Made by a program: the position numbers and the translations under genes
The notes under the pieces: model-generated
Told to the model about the DNA's origin: nothing
Databases searched by the model: none
The model's input: the letters and a program-made list of their open reading frames with translations, nothing else
Part shown: one piece after another, positions 51,206-61,173 of the stretch
Numbering within the stretch: position 1 is the stretch's first letter
How the letters are laid out: every line of letters begins with the position of its first letter
Origin: Rhodospirillales bacterium
GTDB lineage: Bacteria > Pseudomonadota > Alphaproteobacteria > Rhodospirillales > JASLLZ01
DNA length: 64,000 bases
Reading direction: 5' to 3'
Assembly (NCBI GenBank): GCA_030746775.1
Contig: JASLLZ010000008.1
Coordinates: 1,062-65,061 of the forward strand

Positions 51206-51289
51206 GGGGGTTCTTCCTTTCATGGTGCGCGTTTGTCGTTCCGTTATGGACTATGTTACACACCGGCACGGCAAGCAGCGAGGGGCAAG

Positions 51290-52453
51290 ATGAAACCGGC
51301 CAACAAGGTTTTCTCGGGCTACGGCACGTCGGTCTTCGAGGTCATGTCGCGTCTCGCCATCGAACACGGCACCATCAACCTGGGCCAGGGCTTTCCCGAC
51401 GAGGACGGGCCCGAGGACATCCGCCGCGCCGCCGCCGAGACCGTCATCGAGGGCCCCAACCAGTACCCGCCCATGATGGGCGTGCCGGCGCTGCGCCAGG
51501 CGGTGGCCGAGCACGACCGGCGCTTCTACGGCCTCGACGTCGATTGGCAAAGCGAGGTGATGGTGACCTCGGGCGGCGCCGAGGCCCTGGCCGATTGCCT
51601 GTTCGGGCTCATCGATCCGGGCGACGAGGTGGTGCTGATCGAGCCCCTCTACGAGATGTATCTGCCGCTGGTGCGCTTCGCCGGCGGAATCCCCAAGCTG
51701 GTGCGCATCGAGCCGCCAAATTGGGAGCTGCCGCGCCAGGCGCTGGCAGAGGCGTTTTCGGAACGGACCAAGCTGATCTTGCTCAATTCGCCCCACAACC
51801 CGGCCGGCAAGGTCTTCGAGGTCGACGAGTTGGACTTCATCGCCGATCTGGTCAAGGCCCATGATGCCTATGCCGTCTGTGACGAGGTCTATGAGCACCT
51901 GGTCTTCGACGGCCGGGCCCACGTTCCCCTGATGACGCTGCCCGGCATGCGCGAGCGCTGTTTGCGCATCGGCTCGGCGGGCAAGACGTTCTCTGTCACC
52001 GGCTGGAAGGTGGGTTACGTGACAGCCGCGCCGGAAGTGCTGTCGCCGGTGGCCAAGGCGCATCAGTTCATCACCTTCACCACGCCGCCCAATCTGCAAA
52101 GCGCCGTCGCCTTCGGCCTGGGCAAGGACGATGCCTATTTCTCAGGCCTCTCGGGGGCCATGCAGGCTAAGCGCGACCGCCTGACGAAGGGCCTGGAAGG
52201 GGCTGGCTTCGAGGTTTCGGCGTCGGGCGGCACTTATTTTCTTTCGGTCGATATCCGCTCGGTCGGCTTCGACGGCGACGACGAGGCGTTTTGCCGTCAC
52301 ATCACCACCGAGGCCGGGGTGACGGCGGTCCCGGTCAGCGCGTTCTACCAAGAGAGCGACGTCAACCACTTCGCGCGCTTTTGCTTTTGCAAGCAAGACG
52401 CCATCCTCGACGAAGCGGCGGCGCGCCTGGCTCGGCACTTCAAGGGCGGGTAA
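51290..52453 (+). CDS. Class I/II PLP-dependent aminotransferase (YbdL / kynurenine aminotransferase-like)
   Basis: INLGQGFPD, NSPHNPAGKVF and the PLP-Lys motif SAGKTFSVTGWKVGY. 387 aa from ATG 51290. The first 1.26 kb of track ORF 50030..52453 is antisense read-through. Confidence 0.85.
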   Translation: MKPANKVFSGYGTSVFEVMSRLAIEHGTINLGQGFPDEDGPEDIRRAAAETVIEGPNQYPPMMGVPALRQAVAEHDRRFYGLDVDWQSEVMVTSGGAEALADCLFGLIDPGDEVVLIEPLYEMYLPLVRFAGGIPKLVRIEPPNWELPRQALAEAFSERTKLILLNSPHNPAGKVFEVDELDFIADLVKAHDAYAVCDEVYEHLVFDGRAHVPLMTLPGMRERCLRIGSAGKTFSVTGWKVGYVTAAPEVLSPVAKAHQFITFTTPPNLQSAVAFGLGKDDAYFSGLSGAMQAKRDRLTKGLEGAGFEVSASGGTYFLSVDIRSVGFDGDDEAFCRHITTEAGVTAVPVSAFYQESDVNHFARFCFCKQDAILDEAAARLARHFKGG

Positions 52454-52484
52454 TGCCTTGGTTGGGTTCAAACTAAAGGAATGA

Positions 52485-52603
52485 CCACAGAGACACAGAG
52501 GCACAGAGAAATAGAATGAGGACGAAAAAATAAAATTGGCATTACAAATTCATAATTTTCTACCTATCTCTCTTTTCTTCTCTGTGTCTCTGTGTCTCTG
52601 TGG
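52485..52603. repeat. AT-rich palindromic element with inverted triple-octamer arms (MITE-like)
   Basis: Left arm C-CACAGAGA-CACAGAGG-CACAGAGA-A (52485-52510). Right arm TTCTCTGTG-TCTCTGTG-TCTCTGTG-G (52578-52603). One mismatch between arms. The 67-nt core between them is very AT-rich. Confidence 0.8.
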
Positions 52604-52635
52604 TTCAATCTTTTTCCACCCTGTCCAACCACCCC

Positions 52636-52664
52636 GGCGCGCCGCTTGACGGACCCGGGGTGCG
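52636..52664 (+). promoter_or_regulatory. Candidate promoter of tRNA-His
   Basis: TTGACG, a 17-nt spacer, then TACACA, ending about 20 nt before the tRNA 5' end. Confidence 0.3.
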
Positions 52665-52684
52665 GGATTACACAAGGGATTAAC

Positions 52685-52762
52685 GGCGGGAGTAGCTCAG
52701 CTGGTTAGAGCACCTGGTTGTGGTCCAGGGGGTCGGGGGTTCGAGTCCCCTCTCTCGCCCCA
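52685..52762 (+). tRNA. tRNA-His (anticodon GTG) with encoded CCA and G-1
   Basis: I folded the cloverleaf by hand. G-1 pairs with C73. Acceptor GCGGGAG/CTCTCGC (one G-U), D arm GCTC...GAGC, anticodon stem CCTGG/CCAGG with loop TTGTGGT, T arm GGGGG-TTCGAGT-CCCCT. Confidence 0.9.
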
Positions 52763-52791
52763 ATGATTTCGGAGACGCGGTCGACGTCCCC

Positions 52792-54492
52792 ATGATTCAT
52801 GACACCATCATCGTCGGAGGCGGCTCGGCCGGATGCGTGCTGGCCAACCGGCTGTCGGCGCGCGGCACCCACCGCGTGCTGTTGATCGAGGCGGGTCCCG
52901 ATACGCCGCCCGGCCGCGTGCCCGAAGACGTCTTGGACAGCTTTCCCGGCAGGGCCTATTTCAGCCCCGCCTATAACTGGACGGACCTGCGCGTCCACCT
53001 GCAACCGCTGCCCCACAACGAACCGCGCCCACCGGCCGAACGCGGTTACGAGCAAGGCCGCATCATGGGCGGCGGCTCGTCGATCAACGGCCAGATTGCG
53101 CTGCGCGGCGATCCCGCCGATTACGACCGCTGGCAGGCGATGGGCGCCCGGGGATGGAACTGGGAAGGGGTGCTGCCTTATTTCAAGAAGCTCGAACGGG
53201 ACATGGACTTCGACGGTCCCCACCACAACAAGGAAGGGCGCATCCCGATCCGCCGCTTGTTCCCCGAGGTGTGGTCGGGCCAGTCGCGGGCCGCCGCCGA
53301 AGCCTTCGCCGCCGCCGGCTACGAATACCACCCCGACATGAACGAGGACTTCGTAGAGGGCTACGCACCGGTTCCCTTTTCCAACGCCTACGACCGCAGG
53401 GTTTCGGCCGCCATCGGCTATCTCGATCCGGTGACGCGCCAACGCGACAACCTGACTCTCATGCCGGAAACCCGGGTCAAGGGCCTGGCCTTCGAGGGCC
53501 GCAAGGTGGTCGGCGTCGAAGTCGCAAACACTGATGGCAGCGGCGGCGAGGTCCATCGCGCGGCTCAGGTTATCTTGTCATCGGGCGCCCTTCATTCACC
53601 GGCCTTTTTGCTGCGCGCCGGCATCGGCCCGGCGGCGCACCTGCGCGGGCTTGGTATCGAGGTCCTGGCCGACCTTCCCGGCGTCGGCCAGAACCTGTGC
53701 GAACACCCGATCACGGCGGTGTCGTCGTACCTCGCCCGGGAGGCCCGCCTCGACCCCCGCACGCCGCGTCATATTCAGGTCAACCTGCGCTATTCGTCGG
53801 GGCTCGAGGGCTGTCCGCCGGTCGACATGCAGGTCAACACCATCCAGCGCTCGGCCTGGCACCCGCTCGGCAAGCGCCTCGGCACCTTTCAGATCTGGGT
53901 CAACAAGCCGTTCTCGCGCGGCCAGGTAACCCTGAACACGAGCGACTGGCGGGCCGAGCCCGAGGTCGAGTTCAACCTGCTCTCGGACCGCCGCGATCTT
54001 GACCGGCTAATGGCGGGCATGGGTTTCCTCGCTGAGCTCATGGAACACGATGGGCTGAAACGCTGCCTCCTCGATCCCTTCCCGTCGAGCTATTCCGAAC
54101 GGGTGCGCAACGTCAACAAGGTGTCGTTCAAGAACTGGCTGGCGACCGGCTTCCTGTCCACCCTGATGGGCGGACCGGGGCCGCTGCGCCGCTTCCTGGT
54201 CAAGAACGTCATCACCCAGGGCGATACCCTCAAGGGTCTGATGGCCGACGACGGCGCGCTGGAAGCCTTCATCCGCAAGACCGTCACCGGCATCTGGCAT
54301 GCGTCGTGTACGTGTCGTATGGGGGCGCCCGACGATCCCCTGGCGGTGACCGACGAAGCGGGCCGGGTGCGCGGCGTCGAAGGGCTCAGGGTGGTAGATG
54401 CCTCCGTCATGCCCGAAGTCACGGCGTGCAACACCAACATCCCGACCATCATGATCGCCGAGAAGATGGCCGACGCCATCGGGGCGGACTAA
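52792..54492 (+). CDS. GMC-family FAD-dependent oxidoreductase (choline dehydrogenase-like), paralog 1
   Basis: DTIIVGGGSAGCVLANRLS, GGGSSINGQ and the C-terminal HASCTCRMG motif. ATG 52792 is 30 nt after the tRNA. Track ORF start 52720 lies inside the tRNA. Confidence 0.88.
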   Translation: MIHDTIIVGGGSAGCVLANRLSARGTHRVLLIEAGPDTPPGRVPEDVLDSFPGRAYFSPAYNWTDLRVHLQPLPHNEPRPPAERGYEQGRIMGGGSSINGQIALRGDPADYDRWQAMGARGWNWEGVLPYFKKLERDMDFDGPHHNKEGRIPIRRLFPEVWSGQSRAAAEAFAAAGYEYHPDMNEDFVEGYAPVPFSNAYDRRVSAAIGYLDPVTRQRDNLTLMPETRVKGLAFEGRKVVGVEVANTDGSGGEVHRAAQVILSSGALHSPAFLLRAGIGPAAHLRGLGIEVLADLPGVGQNLCEHPITAVSSYLAREARLDPRTPRHIQVNLRYSSGLEGCPPVDMQVNTIQRSAWHPLGKRLGTFQIWVNKPFSRGQVTLNTSDWRAEPEVEFNLLSDRRDLDRLMAGMGFLAELMEHDGLKRCLLDPFPSSYSERVRNVNKVSFKNWLATGFLSTLMGGPGPLRRFLVKNVITQGDTLKGLMADDGALEAFIRKTVTGIWHASCTCRMGAPDDPLAVTDEAGRVRGVEGLRVVDASVMPEVTACNTNIPTIMIAEKMADAIGAD

Positions 54493-54578
54493 GGACGCAT
54501 GAACCTTCTGATGGACCCTTCGACTGGACGCCAGCGGCGCCCGCTCTGGGTGAGGCTAGGCCTTTGAAAACAAAGAAA

Positions 54579-54620
54579 CCTCATGCTGAGCGGCACCCCG
54601 AAGGGGTGCCTGTCGAAGCA
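54579..54620. repeat. Third copy of the CCTCATGCTGAG...TCGAAGCA REP-like element
   Basis: CCTCATGCTGAGC-GGCACCCC-GAA-GGGGTGCC-TGTCGAAGCA, with a perfect 8-bp hairpin at 54592-54610. Confidence 0.7.
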
Positions 54621-54666
54621 GTCCCCCAGAAGATAAACGGGACTGAGCTGGAGAGGGGAGGGGTGA

Positions 54667-56418
54667 GTGGTCGAACCGGATGACGCGGCGGCGCAGGCGC
54701 CCGAATACGACACCATCATCGTCGGCGGCGGGTCGGCGGGTTGCGTCCTCGCCGGGCGTCTCTCGGCGCGAAGCACCAATCGGGTGCTGTTGATCGAGGC
54801 CGGCGTCGATACGCCGCCGGGGTTGGAGCCTGCCGACGTTCTCGACAACGATCCGCTGCGCGCCTACGCCAATCCGAACTACAAATGGCCAAACCTCAAG
54901 GTGCGCTGGAAGGCCAACACCCAGAACGCCCCCGACGGCGCGGATTTGTTGAACTATGAACAGGCCCGCCTGATGGGCGGCGGGTCGTCGATCAACGGCC
55001 AGATCGCGACGCGCGGCGCACCGGTCGACTACGACGCCTGGCAGACCATGGGCGCCGAGGGCTGGGGCTGGGACGGGGTGTTGCCGTTCTTCCGCAAGCT
55101 CGAACACGACATGGATTTCACCGGCCCCGACCACGGCGCGTCGGGCCCGCTGCCCATCGCGCGGTTCTTTCCCGAACAATGGTCGGGCTTCAACAAGGGG
55201 CTGTCGGAGGCCCTGCGCCAGGCCGGCAACGAATACCGGGCCGACATCAACGACGGTTTTGCCGTCGGCCATTCGCCGATCGCCATGAACAGCGTCTATG
55301 GGCGCCGCGTATCGACCGCCATGGCCTACCTGACCCCGGTGGTGCGACAGCGCCCGAATCTCACCGTCCTCGGCGAAACCCAGGCCAAGCGCCTGATCTT
55401 CGAGGGCACGCGCGTGGCCGGCGTCGAGGTCGAGACCAAGAGCGGCGCCGCGACCTTCCGGGCGCGTCATGTGATTGTCACCGCGGGTGCTTTGCACACG
55501 CCGGCGCTCCTCATGCGATCCGGCGTCGGTCCGAGCGAACATCTGAGCGAGGTCGGCATCCCGGTTGTCGCCAACGTTGCCGGGGTCGGGCGCAATCTGT
55601 GCAATCACCCGTTTGTCGCCATCTCCGCCTACCTCACGCCCGAGGCGCGCATGGCACGGACGCAATCGCGCTATCTGCAACTGGGCATTCGGTTTTCGTC
55701 GGGGCTGGAGGGCTGTCCCGAAGGCGACATGTACGTCTCGGCGGCCGCCAAGTCGTCGTGGCACGCCGTCGGCCGGCGCCTCGGCGTCCTGCAGATCATC
55801 GCCAACAAGCCCTATTCGCGGGGCCGGGTCGGCCTGGCGTCCCCCGATTGGCGGGCCGAGCCCACGGTCGAGTTCAATTTCCTCTCCGACGAGCGCGATT
55901 GCCCGCGCCTGATGGAAGCCATGCGCTTCATGGCGTCGCTGTTCAAATGCCCGGCGCTCGGCGATTGCGCCCTTGATCCCTTTCCCGCCGCCTATTCCGA
56001 CCGGGTCAAGAAGATCGGCGGCGTGACGCTCATGAACCGCCTCAAGACCGACCTCCTAGCGGCCTTCCTCGACGGCCCGGGGCCGCTCAGGCGGTTCCTC
56101 ATCCGCACCGTCGTCATGCCGGGCGCCAACCTGTCCAAGCTGCTCGCCGAGGAAGAGGCGCTCAGGGCCTACGTCGAGCGTTCGGTCAGCGGCAGCGGCC
56201 ACGTATCGGCCACCTGCCGCATGGGCGCCGCTGACGACCCAATGGCGGTGACCGACCCGGCGGGCCGGGTGCGGGGCGTAGAGGGTTTAAGAGTCGGCGA
56301 CGCCTCGATCATGCCCGAGATCACCCGCGCCAACACCAACATCCCAACCATCATGATCGCCGAAAAACTGGCCGATACGATTTTGGGTGAGCAGGGGCCG
56401 GTTCAAGGGGGCGGGTAG
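54667..56418 (+). CDS. GMC-family FAD-dependent oxidoreductase, paralog 2
   Basis: DTIIVGGGSAGCVLAGRLS, GGGSSINGQ, HVSATCRMG. Collinear with paralog 1 and roughly half or more of residues identical by eye. GTG start is uncertain. Confidence 0.85.
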   Translation: MVEPDDAAAQAPEYDTIIVGGGSAGCVLAGRLSARSTNRVLLIEAGVDTPPGLEPADVLDNDPLRAYANPNYKWPNLKVRWKANTQNAPDGADLLNYEQARLMGGGSSINGQIATRGAPVDYDAWQTMGAEGWGWDGVLPFFRKLEHDMDFTGPDHGASGPLPIARFFPEQWSGFNKGLSEALRQAGNEYRADINDGFAVGHSPIAMNSVYGRRVSTAMAYLTPVVRQRPNLTVLGETQAKRLIFEGTRVAGVEVETKSGAATFRARHVIVTAGALHTPALLMRSGVGPSEHLSEVGIPVVANVAGVGRNLCNHPFVAISAYLTPEARMARTQSRYLQLGIRFSSGLEGCPEGDMYVSAAAKSSWHAVGRRLGVLQIIANKPYSRGRVGLASPDWRAEPTVEFNFLSDERDCPRLMEAMRFMASLFKCPALGDCALDPFPAAYSDRVKKIGGVTLMNRLKTDLLAAFLDGPGPLRRFLIRTVVMPGANLSKLLAEEEALRAYVERSVSGSGHVSATCRMGAADDPMAVTDPAGRVRGVEGLRVGDASIMPEITRANTNIPTIMIAEKLADTILGEQGPVQGGG

Positions 56419-56443
56419 GGATGCGACACGCCCCAAGAGCCCG

Positions 56444-56467
56444 TCATTCCTGCCTTCGCGGGAATGA
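56444..56467. repeat. Small hairpin repeat of the TCATTCC-GCGGGAATGA type
   Basis: TCATTCCTGC-CTTC-GCGGGAATGA, a 10-bp stem with one G-U pair. This sequence type recurs in intergenic DNA of many proteobacteria, from memory. Confidence 0.5.
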
Positions 56468-56572
56468 TACCTTTCGGAATAGGCAACCCGAAAACCACGA
56501 ACAAATGCGCCCCCACGCCGCCGGCCGCCCGTGTTATGATCCGGGTCTCGGCTTCGAGCGGTGAGCGTGTCC

Positions 56573-56803
56573 ATGAGCAAGACCCCGATATCCCTTGACC
56601 AGATCGTCTGGCGCGAGCCCGACGGGACACCCGTTTCGTGTATCGATAAGCTCAAGGTGTTGAACGAGAACCTGGAAGAAATCCGTCAGTTTTGTCAGGA
56701 CGCCCTGGAAGATGCCGTCCTCATGGGCTGTGACGAGGCGCAGGCGCGCGACGTGCTGGAAAGCCTGGTTCGTTCGATCGAGAACCCCTACAAGAAAGAA
56801 TGA
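56573..56803 (+). CDS. Small acidic hypothetical protein upstream of tkt
   Basis: 76-80 aa ([27 protein letters not shown]...). Coding-like composition, no recognisable domain, no clear SD. Confidence 0.45.
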   Translation: MSKTPISLDQIVWREPDGTPVSCIDKLKVLNENLEEIRQFCQDALEDAVLMGCDEAQARDVLESLVRSIENPYKKE

Positions 56804-56951
56804 CGGCGAGCCCGCCGGCACGGCTCGGTGCGGTGTGCCGAAAAAGGCCATATCGGCGCTTGATCCGAAGGCCAACATCGCCGATACCAAGGGGGCGTAT
56901 TTGCCTGCCCGCTCAAGGGCCGGGCAACGAGTAAACGGAGGGGAGTTTTCG

Positions 56952-58982
56952 ATGACGCCAGCCCACAGCCAGGCGGATGTTGCGCAACCCGAGACCGGGG
57001 CCGGCGCCGACCACGACGCGATGGCCAATGCCATCCGCTTTCTCTCCGCCGACGCGGTTGAGAAGGCCAATTCGGGCCATCCCGGCATGCCCATGGGCAT
57101 GGCCGATGCGGCGACCGTGTTGTTTTCCCGCTTCCTCCGCTTCGATCCCCAGGCGCCGGATTGGGCCGACCGCGACCGCTTCGTGCTGTCGGCGGGGCAC
57201 GGCTCCATGCTCCTCTATTCGCTCCTCTACCTCACCGGCTATGAGGACATGACGCTGGACGAGTTGAAGGACTTCCGCCAGCTCGGATCGAAATCGGCCG
57301 GCCACCCGGAATATGGCCATGCGGCGGGCATCGAGACCACCACCGGCCCCCTCGGCCAGGGCATCACCACCGCCGTCGGCATGGCCCTGGCCGAGCGCAT
57401 GATGAACGCGCGCTTCGGCGACGGCCTAGTCGATCATTTCACCTACGTCATCGCCGGCGACGGCTGCCTGATGGAGGGCATCAGCCACGAGGCCCTGTCG
57501 CTTGCCGGACATCTGGGCTTGGGCAGGCTTATCGTCCTGTGGGACGACAACCGGATCTGCATCGACGGCCCCACCGATATGACCGTTTCCGACGACCAAT
57601 TGGCCCGCGCCCAAGCCTCGGGCTGGGACACCCGTACGGTCGACGGCCATGACCCGGACGCCGTTGCCGCCGCCATCGAGGCCGCCCGTGCATCGCCCAA
57701 GCCGTCGCTCATCGCGTGCCGCACGGTGATCGGTTTCGGCGCGCCATCCAAGGCCGGCACCTCGGCCACCCACGGGGCGCCCCTGGGCGACGACGAGATC
57801 GCCGGGGCGCGCGAAAAGCTGGGCTGGCCCCACGCGCCGTTCGAGGTGCCCACCGACGTGCTTGAGGCTTGGCGTCGGGTGGGCGCCAGGGGCGCCGAGG
57901 TTCGCGCCCAATGGCAGGCCCGCCTGGCGGCGGCGGACCCCGATGAGAAGAGCGAGTTCGAGCGCACCATGGCCGGCGTCCTGCCCGAAGGCTGGCGGGC
58001 GGCGCTGGACAACCACATCGAGCGCGTTATCGACGAGAGTCCCAAGTGGGCGACACGCCAATCCTCGGGCGAGGCCCTCGAGGTGCTGACCGAGGCCATT
58101 CCCGAGATGATCGGCGGGTCGGCGGATCTCACCGGTTCCAACAATACGAAGACGGGTGCGTTCGCCCCGGTGGCGCCGGGGGACTTCGCCGGACGCTATG
58201 TCTTCTACGGGGTGCGCGAACATGCCATGGCCGCCGTCATGACCGGGATGGCGCTCCACGGCGGCTTTATTCCCTATGGCGGCACCTTTTTGGTCTTCGC
58301 CGATTATATGCGTCCGGCCATGCGTCTGGCGGCGCTGATGGGGGTGCGGGTGGTCTATGTGCTGACCCACGATTCGATCGGCCTCGGCGAGGACGGCCCG
58401 ACCCACCAGCCGGTCGAAACCCTGGCCAGCCTGCGCGCCATTCCCAATATGTGCGTCTTTCGCCCGGCCGACGCGGTGGAGACGGCGGAGTGCTGGGCCC
58501 TGGCCCTGGACAACGACACCGGCCCCTCGGTCCTGGCGCTGAGCCGCCAGGGCCTGGCGACGGTGCGCGTCGCGGCGGACGAGAATCTGTCGGCGCGTGG
58601 CGCCTATGTCCTGGCCGAGGGCGAGGGCGGTCCGCGCCAGGCGACCCTGCTGGCCACCGGCAGCGAGGTCGGCGTGGCGCTGGCGGCGCGCGATTTGTTG
58701 CAGGCCGACGGCATTTCCACCGCCGTCGTCTCCATGCCGTGCTGGGAGCTTTTCGAGCGCCAGGACGAAGCCTACCGGCAAAGCGTACTTGGTGCGGAAA
58801 CGGTGCGCGTCGCGGTCGAAGCGGCGGTCGGCCAGGGGTGGGAGCGCTATCTCGGCCTCCACGGCGCCTTTGTCGGCATGACCGGGTTCGGCGCCTCGGC
58901 GCCGGGCGGCGCGCTTTATGAGCATTTCGGCATCACCGCCGAGGCCGTCGCGACGGCGGCCAAAAAGCAAATGAGGAGTTAG
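56952..58982 (+). CDS. tkt: Transketolase
   Basis: [12 protein letters not shown], the TPP motif [13 protein letters not shown], and [19 protein letters not shown] 56952 is preceded by GGAGGGGAG. Confidence 0.95.
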   Translation: MTPAHSQADVAQPETGAGADHDAMANAIRFLSADAVEKANSGHPGMPMGMADAATVLFSRFLRFDPQAPDWADRDRFVLSAGHGSMLLYSLLYLTGYEDMTLDELKDFRQLGSKSAGHPEYGHAAGIETTTGPLGQGITTAVGMALAERMMNARFGDGLVDHFTYVIAGDGCLMEGISHEALSLAGHLGLGRLIVLWDDNRICIDGPTDMTVSDDQLARAQASGWDTRTVDGHDPDAVAAAIEAARASPKPSLIACRTVIGFGAPSKAGTSATHGAPLGDDEIAGAREKLGWPHAPFEVPTDVLEAWRRVGARGAEVRAQWQARLAAADPDEKSEFERTMAGVLPEGWRAALDNHIERVIDESPKWATRQSSGEALEVLTEAIPEMIGGSADLTGSNNTKTGAFAPVAPGDFAGRYVFYGVREHAMAAVMTGMALHGGFIPYGGTFLVFADYMRPAMRLAALMGVRVVYVLTHDSIGLGEDGPTHQPVETLASLRAIPNMCVFRPADAVETAECWALALDNDTGPSVLALSRQGLATVRVAADENLSARGAYVLAEGEGGPRQATLLATGSEVGVALAARDLLQADGISTAVVSMPCWELFERQDEAYRQSVLGAETVRVAVEAAVGQGWERYLGLHGAFVGMTGFGASAPGGALYEHFGITAEAVATAAKKQMRS

Positions 58983-58986
58983 GACC

Positions 58987-60000
58987 ATGGACGAAGCGAA
59001 CCTTGCCTCCATCGCCCGATCCCTGATCGCCGACGGCCGGGGTATCCTGGCCGCCGACGAAAGCACGGGAACGATCACCAAGCGCTTCGATGGGATCGGC
59101 GTCGAATCGACCGAGGAGAACCGGCGCTCCTATCGCGAACTCCTGTTCACCACGCCGGGCCTCGGCGAATTCGTCAGCGGCGCCATCCTCTATGACGAAA
59201 CCATCCGCCAGGCGGCCACGGACGGCACGCCGATCCCGGCCCTCCTGGCCAAGCAGGACATCCACCCCGGCATCAAGGTCGACACCGGCGCCAAGCCCCT
59301 TGCCGGGTCGGCGGAAGAAACCGTCACCGAGGGGCTGGACGGCCTGCGCGAACGCGTCGCCGAATACCACGGTCTCGGCGCCCGCTTCGCCAAATGGCGC
59401 GCGGTGATCAAGATCGGCGATCGCATCCCGACGCCTTATTGCATAGAGGCCAACGCCCATGCCCTGGCCCGCTATGCGCGGCTGTGCCAGGACGGCGGCC
59501 TGGTGCCGATCGTCGAGCCCGAGGTCCTGATGGACGGCGATCACGACATCGACCGATGCGACGCGGTCACCACCGAGACCCTGCACGTGGTGTTCGCCGC
59601 CCTGCACCGCCAAGGCGTCTCGCTTGAGGGCATGCTGCTCAAGCCCAACATGGTGATCTCGGGCAAGGACTGTTCGCGTCAGGCCGACGTCGACGAAGTG
59701 GCGGAGCGCACCGTTCGGTGCCTGCGCCGCACCGTTCCGGCGGCGGTGCCGGGCATCGTGTTTCTTTCCGGCGGACAGAGCGAGCAGGTGGCAACCGCAC
59801 ACCTGAACGCCATGAATGCCAAGTTCGGCGGCCAACCCTGGGCGCTCAGCTTCTCCTATGGCCGGGCCTTGCAGGACGGTGCCTTGAAAAGCTGGAAGGG
59901 CTCCGCCGACAACACCCAAGCGGCCCAGACGTCCCTCGCCACGCGGGCCAAACTGAACAGCGCCGCGGCCAAGGGTGCGTACACCGGCGAGGCGGCTTAA
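58987..60000 (+). CDS. Fructose-bisphosphate aldolase, class I
   Basis: [10 protein letters not shown] and the Schiff-base region LLKPNMV. 337 aa. Starts 4 nt after tkt. Confidence 0.9.
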   Translation: MDEANLASIARSLIADGRGILAADESTGTITKRFDGIGVESTEENRRSYRELLFTTPGLGEFVSGAILYDETIRQAATDGTPIPALLAKQDIHPGIKVDTGAKPLAGSAEETVTEGLDGLRERVAEYHGLGARFAKWRAVIKIGDRIPTPYCIEANAHALARYARLCQDGGLVPIVEPEVLMDGDHDIDRCDAVTTETLHVVFAALHRQGVSLEGMLLKPNMVISGKDCSRQADVDEVAERTVRCLRRTVPAAVPGIVFLSGGQSEQVATAHLNAMNAKFGGQPWALSFSYGRALQDGALKSWKGSADNTQAAQTSLATRAKLNSAAAKGAYTGEAA

Positions 60001-60004
60001 GACA

Positions 60005-60661
60005 GTGGCGGACACGGTGAAAATCGCGCCGTCGATCCTGTCGGCCGATTTTGCGCGCCTGGGCGAAGAGGTGCGCGCCATTGATGCGGCGGGCTGCGAT
60101 TACGTCCACGTCGACGTCATGGACGGCCACTTCGTGCCCAACATCTCGCTCGGACCCGTGGTCGTCGAGGCCATCCGGCCCCATACCGCGAAACCCCTCG
60201 ATACCCACCTGATGATCGCCCCCGCCGAGCCCTATCTGGAGGCTTTCGCCAAGGCCGGCAGCGACATCATCACCGTGCACGCCGAGGCCGGGCCGCACCT
60301 GCATCGCGGTTTGCAGGTCATCCGCTCGCTGGGCAAGAAAGCCGGGGTGTCGCTTAATCCCTCGACGCCGGCCTCCGCCGCCGCCAACGTCCTCGACCAG
60401 GTCGATCTGATATTGGTGATGACCGTCAATCCCGGCTTCGGCGGCCAGGCCTTCATCGCCGAACAGGTCGCGAAAATTCGCGCCATCCGCGAGATGATCG
60501 CCGACCGGCCGATCGAGCTTGAGGTCGACGGCGGCATCAACCCCGATAACGCGGGCGCCGTCGTCGCGGCCGGCGCCGACGTCCTGGTCGCCGGCAGCGC
60601 CGTCTTCGGCGGCGACGATTACGCCGCCGCCATCGGTGCCCTGAGGGCCGCCGTCTCGTAA
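60005..60661 (+). CDS. rpe: Ribulose-phosphate 3-epimerase
   Basis: [39 protein letters not shown] 60005 or 60017; track start 59975 overlaps fba. Confidence 0.92.
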   Translation: MADTVKIAPSILSADFARLGEEVRAIDAAGCDYVHVDVMDGHFVPNISLGPVVVEAIRPHTAKPLDTHLMIAPAEPYLEAFAKAGSDIITVHAEAGPHLHRGLQVIRSLGKKAGVSLNPSTPASAAANVLDQVDLILVMTVNPGFGGQAFIAEQVAKIRAIREMIADRPIELEVDGGINPDNAGAVVAAGADVLVAGSAVFGGDDYAAAIGALRAAVS

Positions 60662-60665
60662 TCCC

Positions 60666-61166
60666 TCAGGTGATGGCGTCGATCTGTTCGTCGCTGAGCG
60701 CGCCCGGCACGATGGTAATGGGGATGCGCAGCCGCCCGGCCATCTTGCCGACCAGATAGGAAACGATGGGGCCGGGACCTTCGCCGGTGGCGGCGCCGAG
60801 GACCAGCACCGAAATATCCGTTTCCTCGTCGATCAGCTTGATCAGTTCCTCGCGGATCTTGCCTTCGCGGATGTAGAGGGCGGGCATCGTCTTGGTGCGC
60901 TTTTGCACCACCGAGGAAAGCACTTGCAGCATCTCCTCGGCCTCGGCGCGGCGTTCCTCGCGCATCAGGTCGCCGACCGAGGTCCAGTGCTGGAACTCGG
61001 CCGGCTGGATGACGTAAAGAAGCGCCACGCGCCCCCCCGTGCGCACGGCTCGACGGCAAGCGAAGCGCAGCGCCTGGCTCAATTCCTCGGTTTCGTCCAC
61101 GACGCACAGGAACGTGCGCTGCGACGCTTGGACGCCCCCCGTCGGTTGGTTCGTGTCCTCGGCCAT
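60666..61166 (-). CDS. Universal stress protein family (UspA-like)
   Basis: 166 aa. USP fold pattern FLCVVDETEE...LLYV...ISVLVLGAATGEGPGPIV. Confidence 0.75.
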   Translation of the reverse strand: MAEDTNQPTGGVQASQRTFLCVVDETEELSQALRFACRRAVRTGGRVALLYVIQPAEFQHWTSVGDLMREERRAEAEEMLQVLSSVVQKRTKTMPALYIREGKIREELIKLIDEETDISVLVLGAATGEGPGPIVSYLVGKMAGRLRIPITIVPGALSDEQIDAIT

Positions 61167-61173
61167 TCTCTGT

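Noticed and set aside
50030-51289. The 5' 1.26 kb of the 807-aa plus-strand ORF 50030..52453.
   Set aside because: This part is the antisense frame of the aminotransferase at 50036..51205. Recognisable aminotransferase sequence and a plausible start begin only at ATG 51290. A fusion protein is not supported.
52685-56560. tRNA-His-associated genomic island carrying the two GMC genes.
   Set aside because: There is no integrase, no direct repeat of the tRNA 3' end downstream, and the GMC genes have the same GC-rich composition as the core genome.
56952-60661. tkt-fba-rpe as a Calvin-cycle (cbb) operon.
   Set aside because: There is no RuBisCO, phosphoribulokinase, cbbR or FBPase in the window. 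The aldolase is class I, and the trio is equally consistent with the ordinary pentose-phosphate and glycolytic pathways.
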